Made by a program: the position numbers and the translations under genes
Part shown: positions 13,526 to 25,500 of the stretch, piece by piece
How the letters are laid out: each line of letters starts with the position of its first letter
How positions within the stretch are numbered: position 1 is the first letter of the stretch
The notes under the pieces: model-generated
Databases searched by the model: none
What the model saw: only the letters and a program-made list of their open reading frames with translations
What the model was told of the DNA's origin: nothing
From: Mobula hypostoma
Lineage: Eukaryota
Direction: 5' to 3'
Assembly: GCF_963921235.1 (NCBI RefSeq)
Contig: NC_086108.1
Location: forward strand, 116,996,001 to 117,060,000
DNA: 64,000 bases

Positions 13526-16500
13526 CTGCAGCCAGAAAAAAATTGACATCAACTTTGGGGCATAAGGCACTGGAACCCCCACCCGTCCCGCGAGTCACGG
13601 TCAATGCCCTGAGCTGCCAACATCGCACTGATGAGGCAAGAAGTTAGTGGTGATTCACAAAATGGTTTCTTCACCATCACCGAATTCCACGGCATGGAGA
13701 ACCACCCACCCATCGAGGATCCCAATCGCTGCAAACATTTACTATACAGGGGCCTTTGGTCAAATCAGGTCGAAGCTGACTCACAGACCAACCCCATTCC
13801 CCACTAGGTTTTCCCACCACCCCTTCTCCCTGGTATTAACCCCTCATCCAGCCACTGCCAGTTAGGTTAAAACTTACTAACCTGCCCCCATAATGTCACC
13901 TGCACCTTATCGCAGATATTCCTCTGTTCAATATCCCTCCCTCACTCACTTAAAACTGACTCCATTTTCTCATTCCGAGACCAGATGAAGGGGTTCTGAC
14001 CTGGAATGTTGACTGTTCCTCTCCCCACAGATGTTGCCTGACCAGCCATGTGTTTCCAGTGAATGAGACTCTGTACCTGGATAAGGTCCAGCTCCTCTCA
14101 CCCCTCTACCTGGACCGATCCCTGCAGGGGCCATGTCTTCATGTGCAGGGACTTTGAGGTGGTTGTTTCTCCATCCCCTCGCGCAGAGATCGGAGACAGA
14201 ACTGTAACCATGAGCCCATGATCCAGCATATCATTCTCCATAACTTCTGCCATTTCCAGTGAGATCCCAGCTCCAGGCACACCTCTCACCTCATCCGGTT
14301 TTTGACAGGGATTGCTTCACATCACTCCCTTACCCACTCATAGCTTCCCACTGACCTCCCTCATGGTACTGCAAGGAGTATGTGTTACACTACCCCTAGT
14401 ACTCCCCCTCAGCACCATTCACAGCCCCAAGCAGTCTTTCCAGGTGAGGTTACACTTCACCTGCAAGTCTGTCGGGGTACACACACAAAATAATGAAAGG
14501 TCTTGGCTTAGAACATCAAGAATTTATTTCCCTTCATAGATGCTGCCTGATTTGATGAATTCCTCCAGCATTTTGTGTTTGCTATTCAATATTTCCAGCA
14601 TATGCAGAATCTCTTGGTGATTTATTGTATCTGCTGCATGTGGTACAGTCTCCTCGACATCACCGAGCCCCAATGCAGACTGGGTGTTGCTTCATTAAGC
14701 ACCTCTGCTCTGTCTCCCAGTGACCACACACTTCAATTCGACATCCCAATCCCACTCTAACATGTCTGTCCATGGCTTCCTCTACTGACATGATGATGCC
14801 AAATTCAGGCTGGAGGAACTACACCTCACATGCTTCCTGGGAAGCCTCCAAACTGATGGCAAGAACATCGATTTCTCTAACCCGGTAATTTCTTCCCCTC
14901 TCTGCTGTCTTTTCCATTTCCCATTCTGCCTCTCCTCTCACCCTGTATCTTCTTCTCACCTCCTTCTGGTGATCCTCCTCCTTCCCTTTCTCCCATGGTC
15001 TATTCTTCTCTCCTAACAAATCTCTTCTTCTTCTTCAGCCTATCACCACCCAGATTCTTACTTCATCCCCTTCCCCCCCCCCCCCACTTTCTAGCTTCCA
15101 CTCTTTCCACTCCCTCCATGTTTTTAATTCTGGTTTCTGCCCCCTTCATTGCCAGTCCTGATTAAGTGTTTCAGCCCATAACTTCAACTCTGTCTCCTCC
15201 ATAGGTGCTGCCTGACCTGTTGAGTTCCTCTAGCGTTTTGTGTGTGATGCTCTAGATTTCCAACATCTACAGAACCTCTTGTGTCCACTTTACAGGAAGG
15301 GTACGGCAGCAGTAAAGGGACGACAGAAGAGATTCATCAAGATATTACCTGGAATTGAAGGCTGCAATTATAAAGAAGACATTGGGTAGTCTGCATACAT
15401 GGCAGCTGAGTAATAAGATTATGGTGTCCTTTGCCAGTGACAAGTGAGGTTCAGCAGGGGTTAGTATTGGGATGACAACTGTTCACTTCCTTCAGCAATG
15501 ATGTGTATGAAGGAACTGATGGATTTGTGGTCAATTTGCAGCCAATACAAAGATAGGTGGAGGGGCAGGTAGTGTCGAGGAAGCAGGGAGTCTGTAGAAG
15601 GACTTAGATGAGGAGAATCGGCAAAGTGTGGCAGATGGAATATAGTGTAGGAAAGTATACGGTCATGCACTTTGGTAGAAGGAATAAAGACGGGGAGAAA
15701 ATTCCCAGTGGCATGTACGTAAGCCTCTATGGTCTTGTGGAGTTGTATAACACCCTGAGGGGCGGAGAGAGAGTTACCATCCTTTCCCCTGGAAAGTCTA
15801 GAATGAGACGGCACAGGTTTAATCCAAGAGGGGAGGAATTTAAAGGGGACCTGAGCAGCAGGTTTTCGACACAGTGGATGGGGGGTATAGGCAATGAGCT
15901 CCCAGAGGAAGTGGTGGAAGCAAGTACAAATTCAGAGTTTGAAAGGCTTTTGGACAGGTAGCTGGCCACAACAGGAGTGCTGGTTTTTGACTTAATGCAG
16001 TTAGATGGGTCTTATGTAGACATGCTATATCTCGGCTGTGGACCCTGTGATTCCAACATGCATGTAAGTCATTGCAGGGAGACTCACACTTATTTCTGCA
16101 GCAACCCCTTGGCCAATGTTCTCCTCAGCTGTGACCGATGGCTCCTTATCCTCATATTCTGTCACCTCATAATAATATTCATCGCCATAATGACTGGGGT
16201 CATATTCACTGGGGTCGTACTCAATGTCGTACTCTTTGAAATCAGGATCATTGGTACTTGCACCTTTGGCCGGAGAACCTTTCAAGTCTTGACCTTTGTG
16301 CTCTTGCCCTGTCAGTTCATGTTCAGTGAAGTCATATTCACTGGGGCCATACTCGGTATCATCTGCTTTGAAATTGGGATCATTGGACCTTAAACCTTTA
16401 ACTGGAGAACCTCTGGAGTCTTGCCCTTTGAATTCATACTCATTGGGGTCATACTCATTGGGGTCATGTTCACTGGGGTCATGTTCACTGGGGTCATGCC

Positions 16501-19500
16501 CTTTGAGGCTGTTTTCATTTTCACTGTATTCTTTGAAGTCGTGTTCGATGTACTCGTACTCATTGAAGTTCTGTTCTTTTCCCTCAGAGTCTTTCTCGTC
16601 AGGATAATAATCATCTTCTCCAATCACATATTCTTTATAATCTTCATCCATGTTGGTCTTAGTTTTATCCATGTGATTTGCGATGGTTCAGAAATGGAGA
16701 GTGATAGAAGCAGAGTGTTAGCAAAGCAAAGATAAATTCCACACTACAGACCTTTGCAAAGTAGCCACGGAGATGGAGACAGGAAGATCTATGGTGGTCT
16801 GGGGCAGTCGGTCCCTTTGGCAGGAAACTCTGGCCACCAGACATGTTCATTAGTTGTATCAGTGAGTTGGTCATTTTGGAGAGGAGCCTGATCCTCAGTG
16901 TAAGGGTCAGCATTCAGGGTAGGGGTTCATGAAGCAGAGCAGTGATGAGGGGTTGGCTTCATCTCCAGGCAGTCTTTGCAAATTAGTCTTAGCTTGGAGG
17001 CAAGGCCCAGCTCAGAACTTTTAACATTTTTGCTTTGTTTGATTTCAGCTTTCAATAATATTTCTTTTCTTTTTTGACAGGGAAGGTTTCAGAATGACAA
17101 GAGAAAGGATGCAAATGAGCAGTGCCACACCTTGTGAATCAAACCTCAAGGCCATGGGCAGAGGTACGACCCAGCAACACATTACCTGTGGTCATCTCTG
17201 CATTAGGTGCTGTAGGAGGAGCTACTCGGCCATTGAGTCTGTGCCAGCTCACAGATTCCTGATTAGATTTCCATGTCTCCTATTCCCTCACATAGCCATC
17301 AACTTCCCCCAGATTCCACCCCTCACCCACACCCCGGGGACAACTTACAGCTGCCAGTTAACCGACCAACCTGTGAGTCTTTAGGAGGAAACAAGAGCAC
17401 CCAGGGGAGTCCCTCACCATCACAGAGAAACAGCACCTGAGATGGGGATTGAACCTGTGTCTCTGGGCTGTGAAGCAGCAGCTCTGCTATTGAGTCACTC
17501 TGCTGTGCTGAAAGATTTTGCTGACGGGTTGAATGGTGGAGGATTTGAGGATGTGCTGGGTACAAATCAGACAAGAACACAAGTACTGGGTGCAAGCCCT
17601 GAAAACCTTCCCCCACCAGTAGCAAGGGAGCATCTCCACCAATACTGGGTCCCTCACAAATACCGGGATTTTCACCAATACCGGGTCATTCACCAATACT
17701 GGGACGTTCACAAATACCAGGTCATTCACCAATACCGAGTCATTCACCAATAGCGGGTCCCTCACCAATATCGGGATTTTCACCAATACTGGGTCCTTCA
17801 CCAATACCGGGTCCTTCACAAATACTGGGTACTTCACCAATACCGGGACCCTCACCAATACCAGGTCCTTCACCAATACCGGGTCCCTCACCAATACCGG
17901 GACCCTCACCAATACCGGGTCCTTCACCAATACCAGGTCATTCACCAATACCCAGTCCTTCACCAATACCGGGACCCTCACCAATACCGGGTCCCTCACC
18001 AATACTGGGACTATCACCAATACCGGGTCCCTCACCAATACTGGGACTATCACCAATACCGGGTCCTTCACCAATACCGGGACCCTCACCAATACCGGGT
18101 CCCTCACCAATACTGGGACAATCACCAATACCGGGTCGTTCACCATTACCGGGTCCCTCACCAATACTGGGATTTTCACCAATACCGGGTCCTTCACCAA
18201 TACTGGGATTTTCACCAGTACTGGGTCATTCACAAATACCGGGTCATTCACAAATACCGGGTCATTCACCAATACCGGGACCTTCACCAATCCTGGAACT
18301 CCCTCACACCAGCACAATGGAAGCAGAGGGTCACAGAAGTGGCTCATCACCGGCTTGTGACGGTCAACTAAGGATGGACGATAACTTTTGGTGGTCAGTG
18401 GTCAGTGGTCAGTGAAATGCAGCCAGGTGTTCCTTGCTCCTGGGACCTGTAGGATAGTCACACTCTTGGACTGAGGGATCTGTACTGTGCTGTGGTGTTT
18501 CATCTTTCTGTTTTTATGAATCAAACAAAGTACAAACAATGTTAAAGCATTCCACGGGCATCCACAGTGTGCCCTCCTGCAGCAATTAACAAAAATATTT
18601 CTATTCAAATGAAACAGGCAGAGAAAATGAACAAGTCAGTGGATTTCAAACAAATTAAGCAATTTGTTGCCACCAAAGATTAAACCATACCGCAGATGAA
18701 CCACGCTCAGCTCAGCCGTGGTGGCTCCAGGCTTGGGTCTTACTGCCGAATTTCTGCAGCTCCATCGAAGGCCCCTCCTTCTGCTATTCAGACACCACTC
18801 TCCTCCTCCATGTGAATTCTCCCCCCACCTACAATCCCAGCTTTGGAGCTGGCCTCCAAACAAACAGAGTGGAGGCACATCTCCCATTACCTCCCTCTTG
18901 TTAAACCTTACCTCACTGCCTCTCTCACTCGCTGACGAAGAGCTGGTTGTTTCTTGAACAATCTCATAGTAATAATCCTCGGCGTGCTGCTCTGGTAAGA
19001 GGTTGCTCTGTTCCTGGGGAGACAGAGAGGAGGGATTTTAATCTCAAACCTATCACCCACTTCTGGTGAACGCTGCAGGCGACAGACAAAGGGAAGAGCG
19101 CCTCGGCGAAGAGATGGTTCATCAGAGATCTTCCAGTCTTCACCTGGAAAGATCTTGATCACGTTGGCTACCTTTTCCCCCAGCTGGAGATGGCTGAACT
19201 GCTCTTGACCCCTCTTCTGAGATGTGAATATGTTTTTGGAACGAATCTTGGTCGAAGTGCCCATAGAGCCTGTACGCCCAAAAATGCTCTTCTCTTTGAA
19301 GGATAAACTGGGGCTGATTGTCTGAAAAATGTATTGAGATGGAATGCAGTGACATGAATAACAGGAGGGGTGATGGGGTATGGGAGAGTAAGTGGAGGGA
19401 GAGGTGCGAGAGAAAAGTGGAGGGAAGGGTGGGAAAGGGAGATGGAGGTAGGAATCGGAGAAATAGGAGGGGAGAGGAAGGTGGAGGGAGGAGTGGGAGA

Positions 19501-22500
19501 GGGAGATGGAGGGAGGGGTGGGAGAGGAAGGTGGATGGAAGGTTGGGAGAGGAACGCGGAGAGAGGGTTGGGAGAGGAGGTGGAGGTAGAAATGAGAGAA
19601 ATAGGAGGGGGAGAGGATGGTGGTAGTAAGGGTGGGTGAGATCGGTGGATCGTGGGGTGAGAGAGGAAGGTGCAGGTTGGAATGGGAGAAATAGCAGGGG
19701 AGAGGAGAGTGGAGGATCATGTGAAAGAGCTAGGTGGAGCGAGGGATGGAAGGAGAATTGGAGGGAGGGGTGAGAAAGGAATGGAGGGGAAGGAGAGGGA
19801 AGTGTGGGAAAGGAAGGTGGAAGGAAGGTTGGGAGAGGAAAGTGGAGGGAGAGTTGGGAGAGGGAGGTGGACGGGAAAGGTGAGAGTGGAGTGGGAGAGG
19901 AATTGGAGGGAATGGTGAGAGATGGAGGAATGGGTGGGAGAGGAAGCAGGAGGGAGGAGTGGGAGAAGGGGTTGGTGGGAGGAGTGGGAGAGGGTGTTGG
20001 AGGAAGGGATAAGAAAGTGAGGTAGAGGGAGTGGTGGGAGAGGGAGGTGGAGGAAGGGGCTGAAGAGGAAAGTTGAGGGAGGGGTGAGAGAGGGAAGTGG
20101 AGGGTGAGGTGAGAGAGGGAAGTGGAGGGAGAAGGGAGAGGGAAGTGGAGGGTGAGGTGAGAGAGGGAAGTGGAGGGTGAGGTGGGAGAGGGAAGTGGAG
20201 GGTGAGGTGAGAGAGGGAAGTGGAGGGTGAGGTGAGAGAGGGAAGTGGTGAGGTGGGAGAGTGAAGTGGAGGGAGAGGTGAGAGAGGGAAGTGGAGGGTG
20301 AGGTGGGAGAGACAAGTGGAGGGAGAGGTGGGAGAGGGAAGTGGAGGGAGAGGTGAGAGAGGGAAGTGGAGGGTGAGGTGGGAGAGGGAAGTGGAGGGAG
20401 AGGTGAGAGAGGGAAGTGGAGGGTGAGGTGGGAGAGACAAGTGGAGGGAGAGGTGGGAGAGGGAAGTGGAGGGTGAGGTGAGAGAGGGAAGTGGAGGGTG
20501 AGGTGGGAGAGACAAGTGAAGGGAGAGGTGGGAGAGGGAAGTGGAGGGAGAGGTGAGAGAGGGAAGTGGAGGGTGAGGTGGGAGAGACAAGTGGAGGGAG
20601 AGGTGTGAGAGGGAAGTGGAGGGTGAGGTGAGAGAGGGAAGTGGAGGGTGAGGTGGGAGAGGGAAGTGGAGGGAGAGGTGAGAGGGAAGTGGAGGGTGAG
20701 GTGGGAGAGACAAGTGGAGGGAGAGGTGAGAGAGGGAAGTGGAGGGAGAGGTGAGAGAGGGAAGTGGAGGGTGAGGTGGGAGAGGGAAGTGGAGAGTGAG
20801 GTGGGAGAGGGAAGTTTTGGGAGGTTAGAGAGAGAGAGAGGAATTAGAGGGAGAGGTGGGAGAGGATTTAAAGGGAAGGTTGGGAGAGGGAGGTGGACGG
20901 AGTGGTGGAAGAGGGAGGTGTGGTGGGAGAGGGAGGTGGAGGGTGGGGTGGGAGAGGGAGGAGGAGAAGGAGGTAGAAATAGGAGAAATTAGAGGGGGAG
21001 AGGATGGTGGTAGTAAGGGTGGGTGAGATCAGTGGAGGAGGGGTGAGAGAGGAAAGTGCAGGTAGAAATGGGAGAAATAGCAGAGGAGAGGGAGTGGAGG
21101 GAGGTGTGGGAGAGATAGGTGGAGGGAGGGTGGGAGGGGTGGGAGAGGATTTAGAGGGAGGGTTGGGAGAGGGAGGTGGACAGAGGGATGGGAGGGGTGG
21201 GAGAGGAAAGTTGAGGTAGAAATTGGTGGTGGAGAGGAAAGTATTGGGTGGGATGGGAGACAGAGAGACGAAGCGAGGGGAGGGAGAAGAATTGGAGGGA
21301 GAGATAAGAGACCGATGGAGGGGAGGGAGAAGGAGCTGGAGGGAGGGGTGAGAGGGAGCTGGAGGGAGGAGTGTAACAGGAAGTTGGAGGAGAGGAAAAT
21401 GCAAGTAGAAATGGGAGAAATAGGAGGGAGGGGAGAGGGGAGTGGGGGGTCAGGTGGGAGAGGGAGATGGAGGGTGGGTTAGGAGAGGAAAGAGGAGGTA
21501 GAAATGGGAGAAATTGGAGGGGGAATGGGTGGTGGAAGGAGAGGTGGGGGAGATTGGTGGAGTGAGGAGTGGGAGAGGAAAGAGGAGGTAGAAATGGGAG
21601 AAATTGGATGGTGAGAGGATGGTGGAAGGAGGGGTGGAAGAGATAGGTGGAGGGAGAGGAGTGAGGGAGGTGGAGATAAGAATGGGAGAAATAGGAGGGG
21701 GCGACAAGAGTGGTGGGTGGGATGGGAGAGAGAGATGGAGGGAGGAGTGGGTGAGGAAAGAGGAGGGAGGGGTTGGAGAGGGAGGTGGAGGTAGGGATGG
21801 GAGAAATAGGAGGGGGAAAGTGGAGGGTGGGTTGGGAGAGGTAGGTGGAGTAAGAGGCGGGAGAAGAACTGAAGGGAGGGATGAGAGAGGAATGGAGGGG
21901 TGGGGTGGGAGGGGGAAGTGGAGGGTGGGGTGGGAGGGGGAGATGGAGGAAGGGGTGGAGGGACAGGTGGGAGAGATAAGTGGAGGGAAGTGTGGAAGAG
22001 GGTGGTGGAAGGAGAATGAGGGAGAATTGAATGGATGAGAGAGTAAGGATCTGAAGGGAGGGAGGGAGAGGATGGGACACGCAAGAATGACATGACAAGA
22101 CAAATGGAGCTGAGCAGAGGTGGCAGACACAGACCATGCTGGGCAGAGGACCCATCTCCTGGTTACCTGCGTTTGGCTTTCCTCCCCTCCCACTGTTGGC
22201 TGTTCCTCGGAGAAGTGATGGTAATACTGGGCAAAGTCTGTGTCACCATTACCGTACTCATACTCCAGGGACTCCTCCAGGGGCAACTATGCGTGAGGGC
22301 AAATGCAATGACAGTTAGTGATAGCATGGTGAGAACAGGTTCAGAAGTCACCCGCTCCAACACCAGATGAAATATGTCCATGTAATCGAGGAGAAGCACC
22401 TCGCTCCTTGGCTTGTGCATGGATGATACATAAATGTACCAACACTGGTCACCTTCCTGACCAGGCGGACATTGCAGACCACTCCATTGACAAGACCAAC

Positions 22501-25500
22501 CAAGACCATACTTCCACAGGCTCAGCAATGTGCAGGGGCAGGGTGTAGATTTTGGCCATGGCTGGTGACCATGAGATTCTCCATCTCACTCAGAGGACCC
22601 TGTGACAAAGATGGTGACCTTCACTGAAGGAGATGGTGAACAACAGGAAGAATTATCAACAGGGACAGGGAGTTTGAGTCCAACTGGGTGGGTTAGAGGT
22701 CATTCCCAATGGAAGGGTGAGCAGTAATGGTGCAGCAGGAGCCAGTAACATCTGTTTCTCCTCTTTATCCACACTGCCTCTTTGTGTACTGAGGTCTGCC
22801 TGTGGTGAACAGGTCAACACTGGAGACGTATCGTTGCTTCTCATCCCATTGCTGGACTTGGTGAATGCAGCAGTGGGTGGAGCACAGACAATGGATAACA
22901 CCCCTGTCCACTTCACCACAGCCCTGTATCCTCTACCCAGGAAACAGTGACGGCGCAGCCCTGGAACAGGATGATCCTAACCCTTCACACTGAAGAAGAG
23001 TGAAAATGCAGGAGGGAGTGGAAGGGGAGGGGGTAGGGTGGTACAGACCACAGCTGGGGCCGGCAGAGCAAGACAGAATGATCCTTTGTACAAGTGCAAG
23101 GGAGACAGCAGATACTCTGAACCCTGAGGCATTTGGCAGAGGGTCTGTCGGAGGAAGAGGTTTGAGAGCAAGAGGGCCGGAGAGGGTCAAATAGTGTGAG
23201 AGAGAGATGGTGAGGAGAGTTGGCAGGAAAGATTACTGCAGAGTGCCAGTGGGAGTGTCAAAGTTCAAGGAACAAGGGGGGTGTCAAAAGAAGTCAAGGG
23301 GAGTTTCAAGAGGGGTTTCGATGGTCAAGGGGAGTTTCAGGAGGGGTTTCGATGGTCGAGGGGAGTTTCAAGAGGGGTTTCGATGGTCAAGGGGAGTTTC
23401 AGGAGGGGTTTCGATGGTCGAGGGGAGTTTCAAGAGGAGTGCTGAGAGTTGTTTGGAGCACTGAGGGGAGTTTTGAGAGTCAAGGGGAGTTTCAAGGGTC
23501 GAGGGAAATGTTGAGTGGAGTGTCGAGAGAAGTTTTGAGGGTCAAGGGAAATGTTGAGGGTTGAGTGGAGTGTCAAAGGGAGTTTTGAGAATCAAGGCGA
23601 GCTTTGAGGGTCGAGTGGAGTGTTGAATGTCAGGCGTGTCGAGGGTAGTTTCAAGGGGAATCAAAGGGAGTTTTGGGGGAGTCAAGAGGGTATTGAAGGG
23701 GTGTCGAAGGGATTTTTGAGTTCATTTTCAAGAAGTGTCAAGGGGGTGTCGAGGGTCTTTGAGGGGGTGTTTAGGAGCTTTTAAGGGGGTGTCAAGGGGA
23801 ATTTTAAGGGGAATTTCGAGGGGATGTCAAGAGTCGATAGGGTGTCGAGGATCCAGAGGAATTTTGAGGATCGAAGCGTGTGTCAAGAGGGTGTTGAGGG
23901 GATGGCAAGTGTTGAGTGGGGTGTTGAGGGAATTGTCAAGGGAATGTCGAGGGTCAGGGGTGTCAACAGATGAAGGCAGAGTCAAAAATTGAGGCTCAAG
24001 GCAAGGGGTGAAGGGCAAGGGGAGTCTCGAAGGGAGAGTTGAGGGGAGGGAAAAGGGAGAGTCAAGGTGAGGGTTGAGGGGTTCGTCAAAGTGAGGATCA
24101 AGGATAGAGTCGAGGTGACAGTCAAGTCAAGGGGAAAGTCAAGGGGTCAGTGAAGAGGAAATTGGAGGGGAGAACCAAGGGCAGAGTCAAAGGTCAGGGG
24201 GAGAGTCAAGGGTTGAGGGATGTGTCAAGGGCTGAGCCGAAGAGGGTGCCGGGGGATGTCAAGGGCCGAGAGGGGTATCAAGGGTGTGACGAGTGTGTGT
24301 TGAGAGTTATTTGAGTGAGGTGTCAAAGGCAGTGTCATGAGTCGGGGGTGTCGAGGGATGAAGGGAGACTTGAGGGTTGAGACGAGAGTCCAGGGGAGAG
24401 TTGATGGGAGAGTCAAGGGTCAAGGGTGAAGGCAAGGGGATAAGGATGAGTGGCGAGAGTCCATGTGAGGGATGAGGGTCCAGGGAATGTGCAAGGGTTG
24501 AGAGGAGTGTCAAGAGGAGAGTCAAGAGTTGAGGGGAGATTAGATAAGAGAGTTGAGGGTTGAGGGTCGAGGTTCAGGACGAGGGGCAAGGGGCATGGTG
24601 AGGATCTGGGGAATGAGCAAGGGTCAAGGGAAGTGCCGATGGGAGACTCCAGAATCAAGGGGAGGATCAAGGGGATATTTGGTCAATAGGAGAGTTGAAG
24701 GACAAGGGACAAGGCAAGTAGCAAGGGGCAGATGGCAAGGGGAAGGGTTGAGAGGAGAGTGGAGAGTTGAGGATTGACGGGAGAGTCGAGAGTAGAGAGA
24801 AGGGTCAACAGTCGAGGAGAGAGTCAAAGATCGGGGTTAAGGTGGGGATCAAGGGTCATGGGGTATCGAGGGTCAAGGCAAGGGGTGAGAGTCGAGGAGA
24901 AGGTCAAGGAGAGTGCTGAGGGAAGTTTTGAGGGTCAAGGGGTGACTCAAGAATCAAGAGGGGAGAGGGTCAATGGGAGAGTTGAGGCCAAGAGAAGAGT
25001 TAAAGGATGAGAAAAGAATCAAAGGTCAAGGTGTGGAGCAAGGGGCGAGGATTGGGGACGCAAGGTAAGGGTCAAGTTGAGGGTTGAGGAGAGAGTCAAG
25101 GGGAGTGTTTTAGGGAGATTTGTGGGCTGAAGGGAGAGTCGAGAATCGGGGGTTGAGGTAAAGGTCAAGAAGAGAATCTTGGGTCGTAGGAGCTGTCGAG
25201 GGTCAAAGGGAGGATTGATGAGAGGGTCAAGGGGTAGTTCAAGCAGAGAGTCAAGGGTCGAAGAGACCATCAATAGGAGGGTCAAAGGTTGAGGGGAGAA
25301 TCGATGGTTGAAGGGGTGTCAAGGGTTCAGGGATGAGAAGGAAGTTGCAGGTCAAAGGGATCAAGGGTAAATGCGAGTAGCAAGGAACAAGTTGTGAGGG
25401 ACGTGGGGAGAGCGAGTCAAGTGGAGAGACAAGGATCGAAGGGAGTTTTGACAAAAAGACAGGAGAGTTGAGAGTGGAGGGGTGAGTTGAGTTGAGGAAT

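Noticed and set aside
15977..16735. Hydrophobic plus-strand ORFs (15977..16393, 16421..16735)
   Set aside because: Antisense shadows of the acidic collagen exon 8.
17636..18295. Alternative minus-strand frame reading GPGIGE repeats (collagen-like)
   Set aside because: Interrupted by TGA stops at gtgaatgac variants, and not a Gly-X-Y pattern.
19140..22155. Long Pro/Ser/Leu-rich ORFs (e.g. 19140..20315, 19730..20713, 21151..22155)
   Set aside because: Artefacts of a stop-poor polypyrimidine tract.
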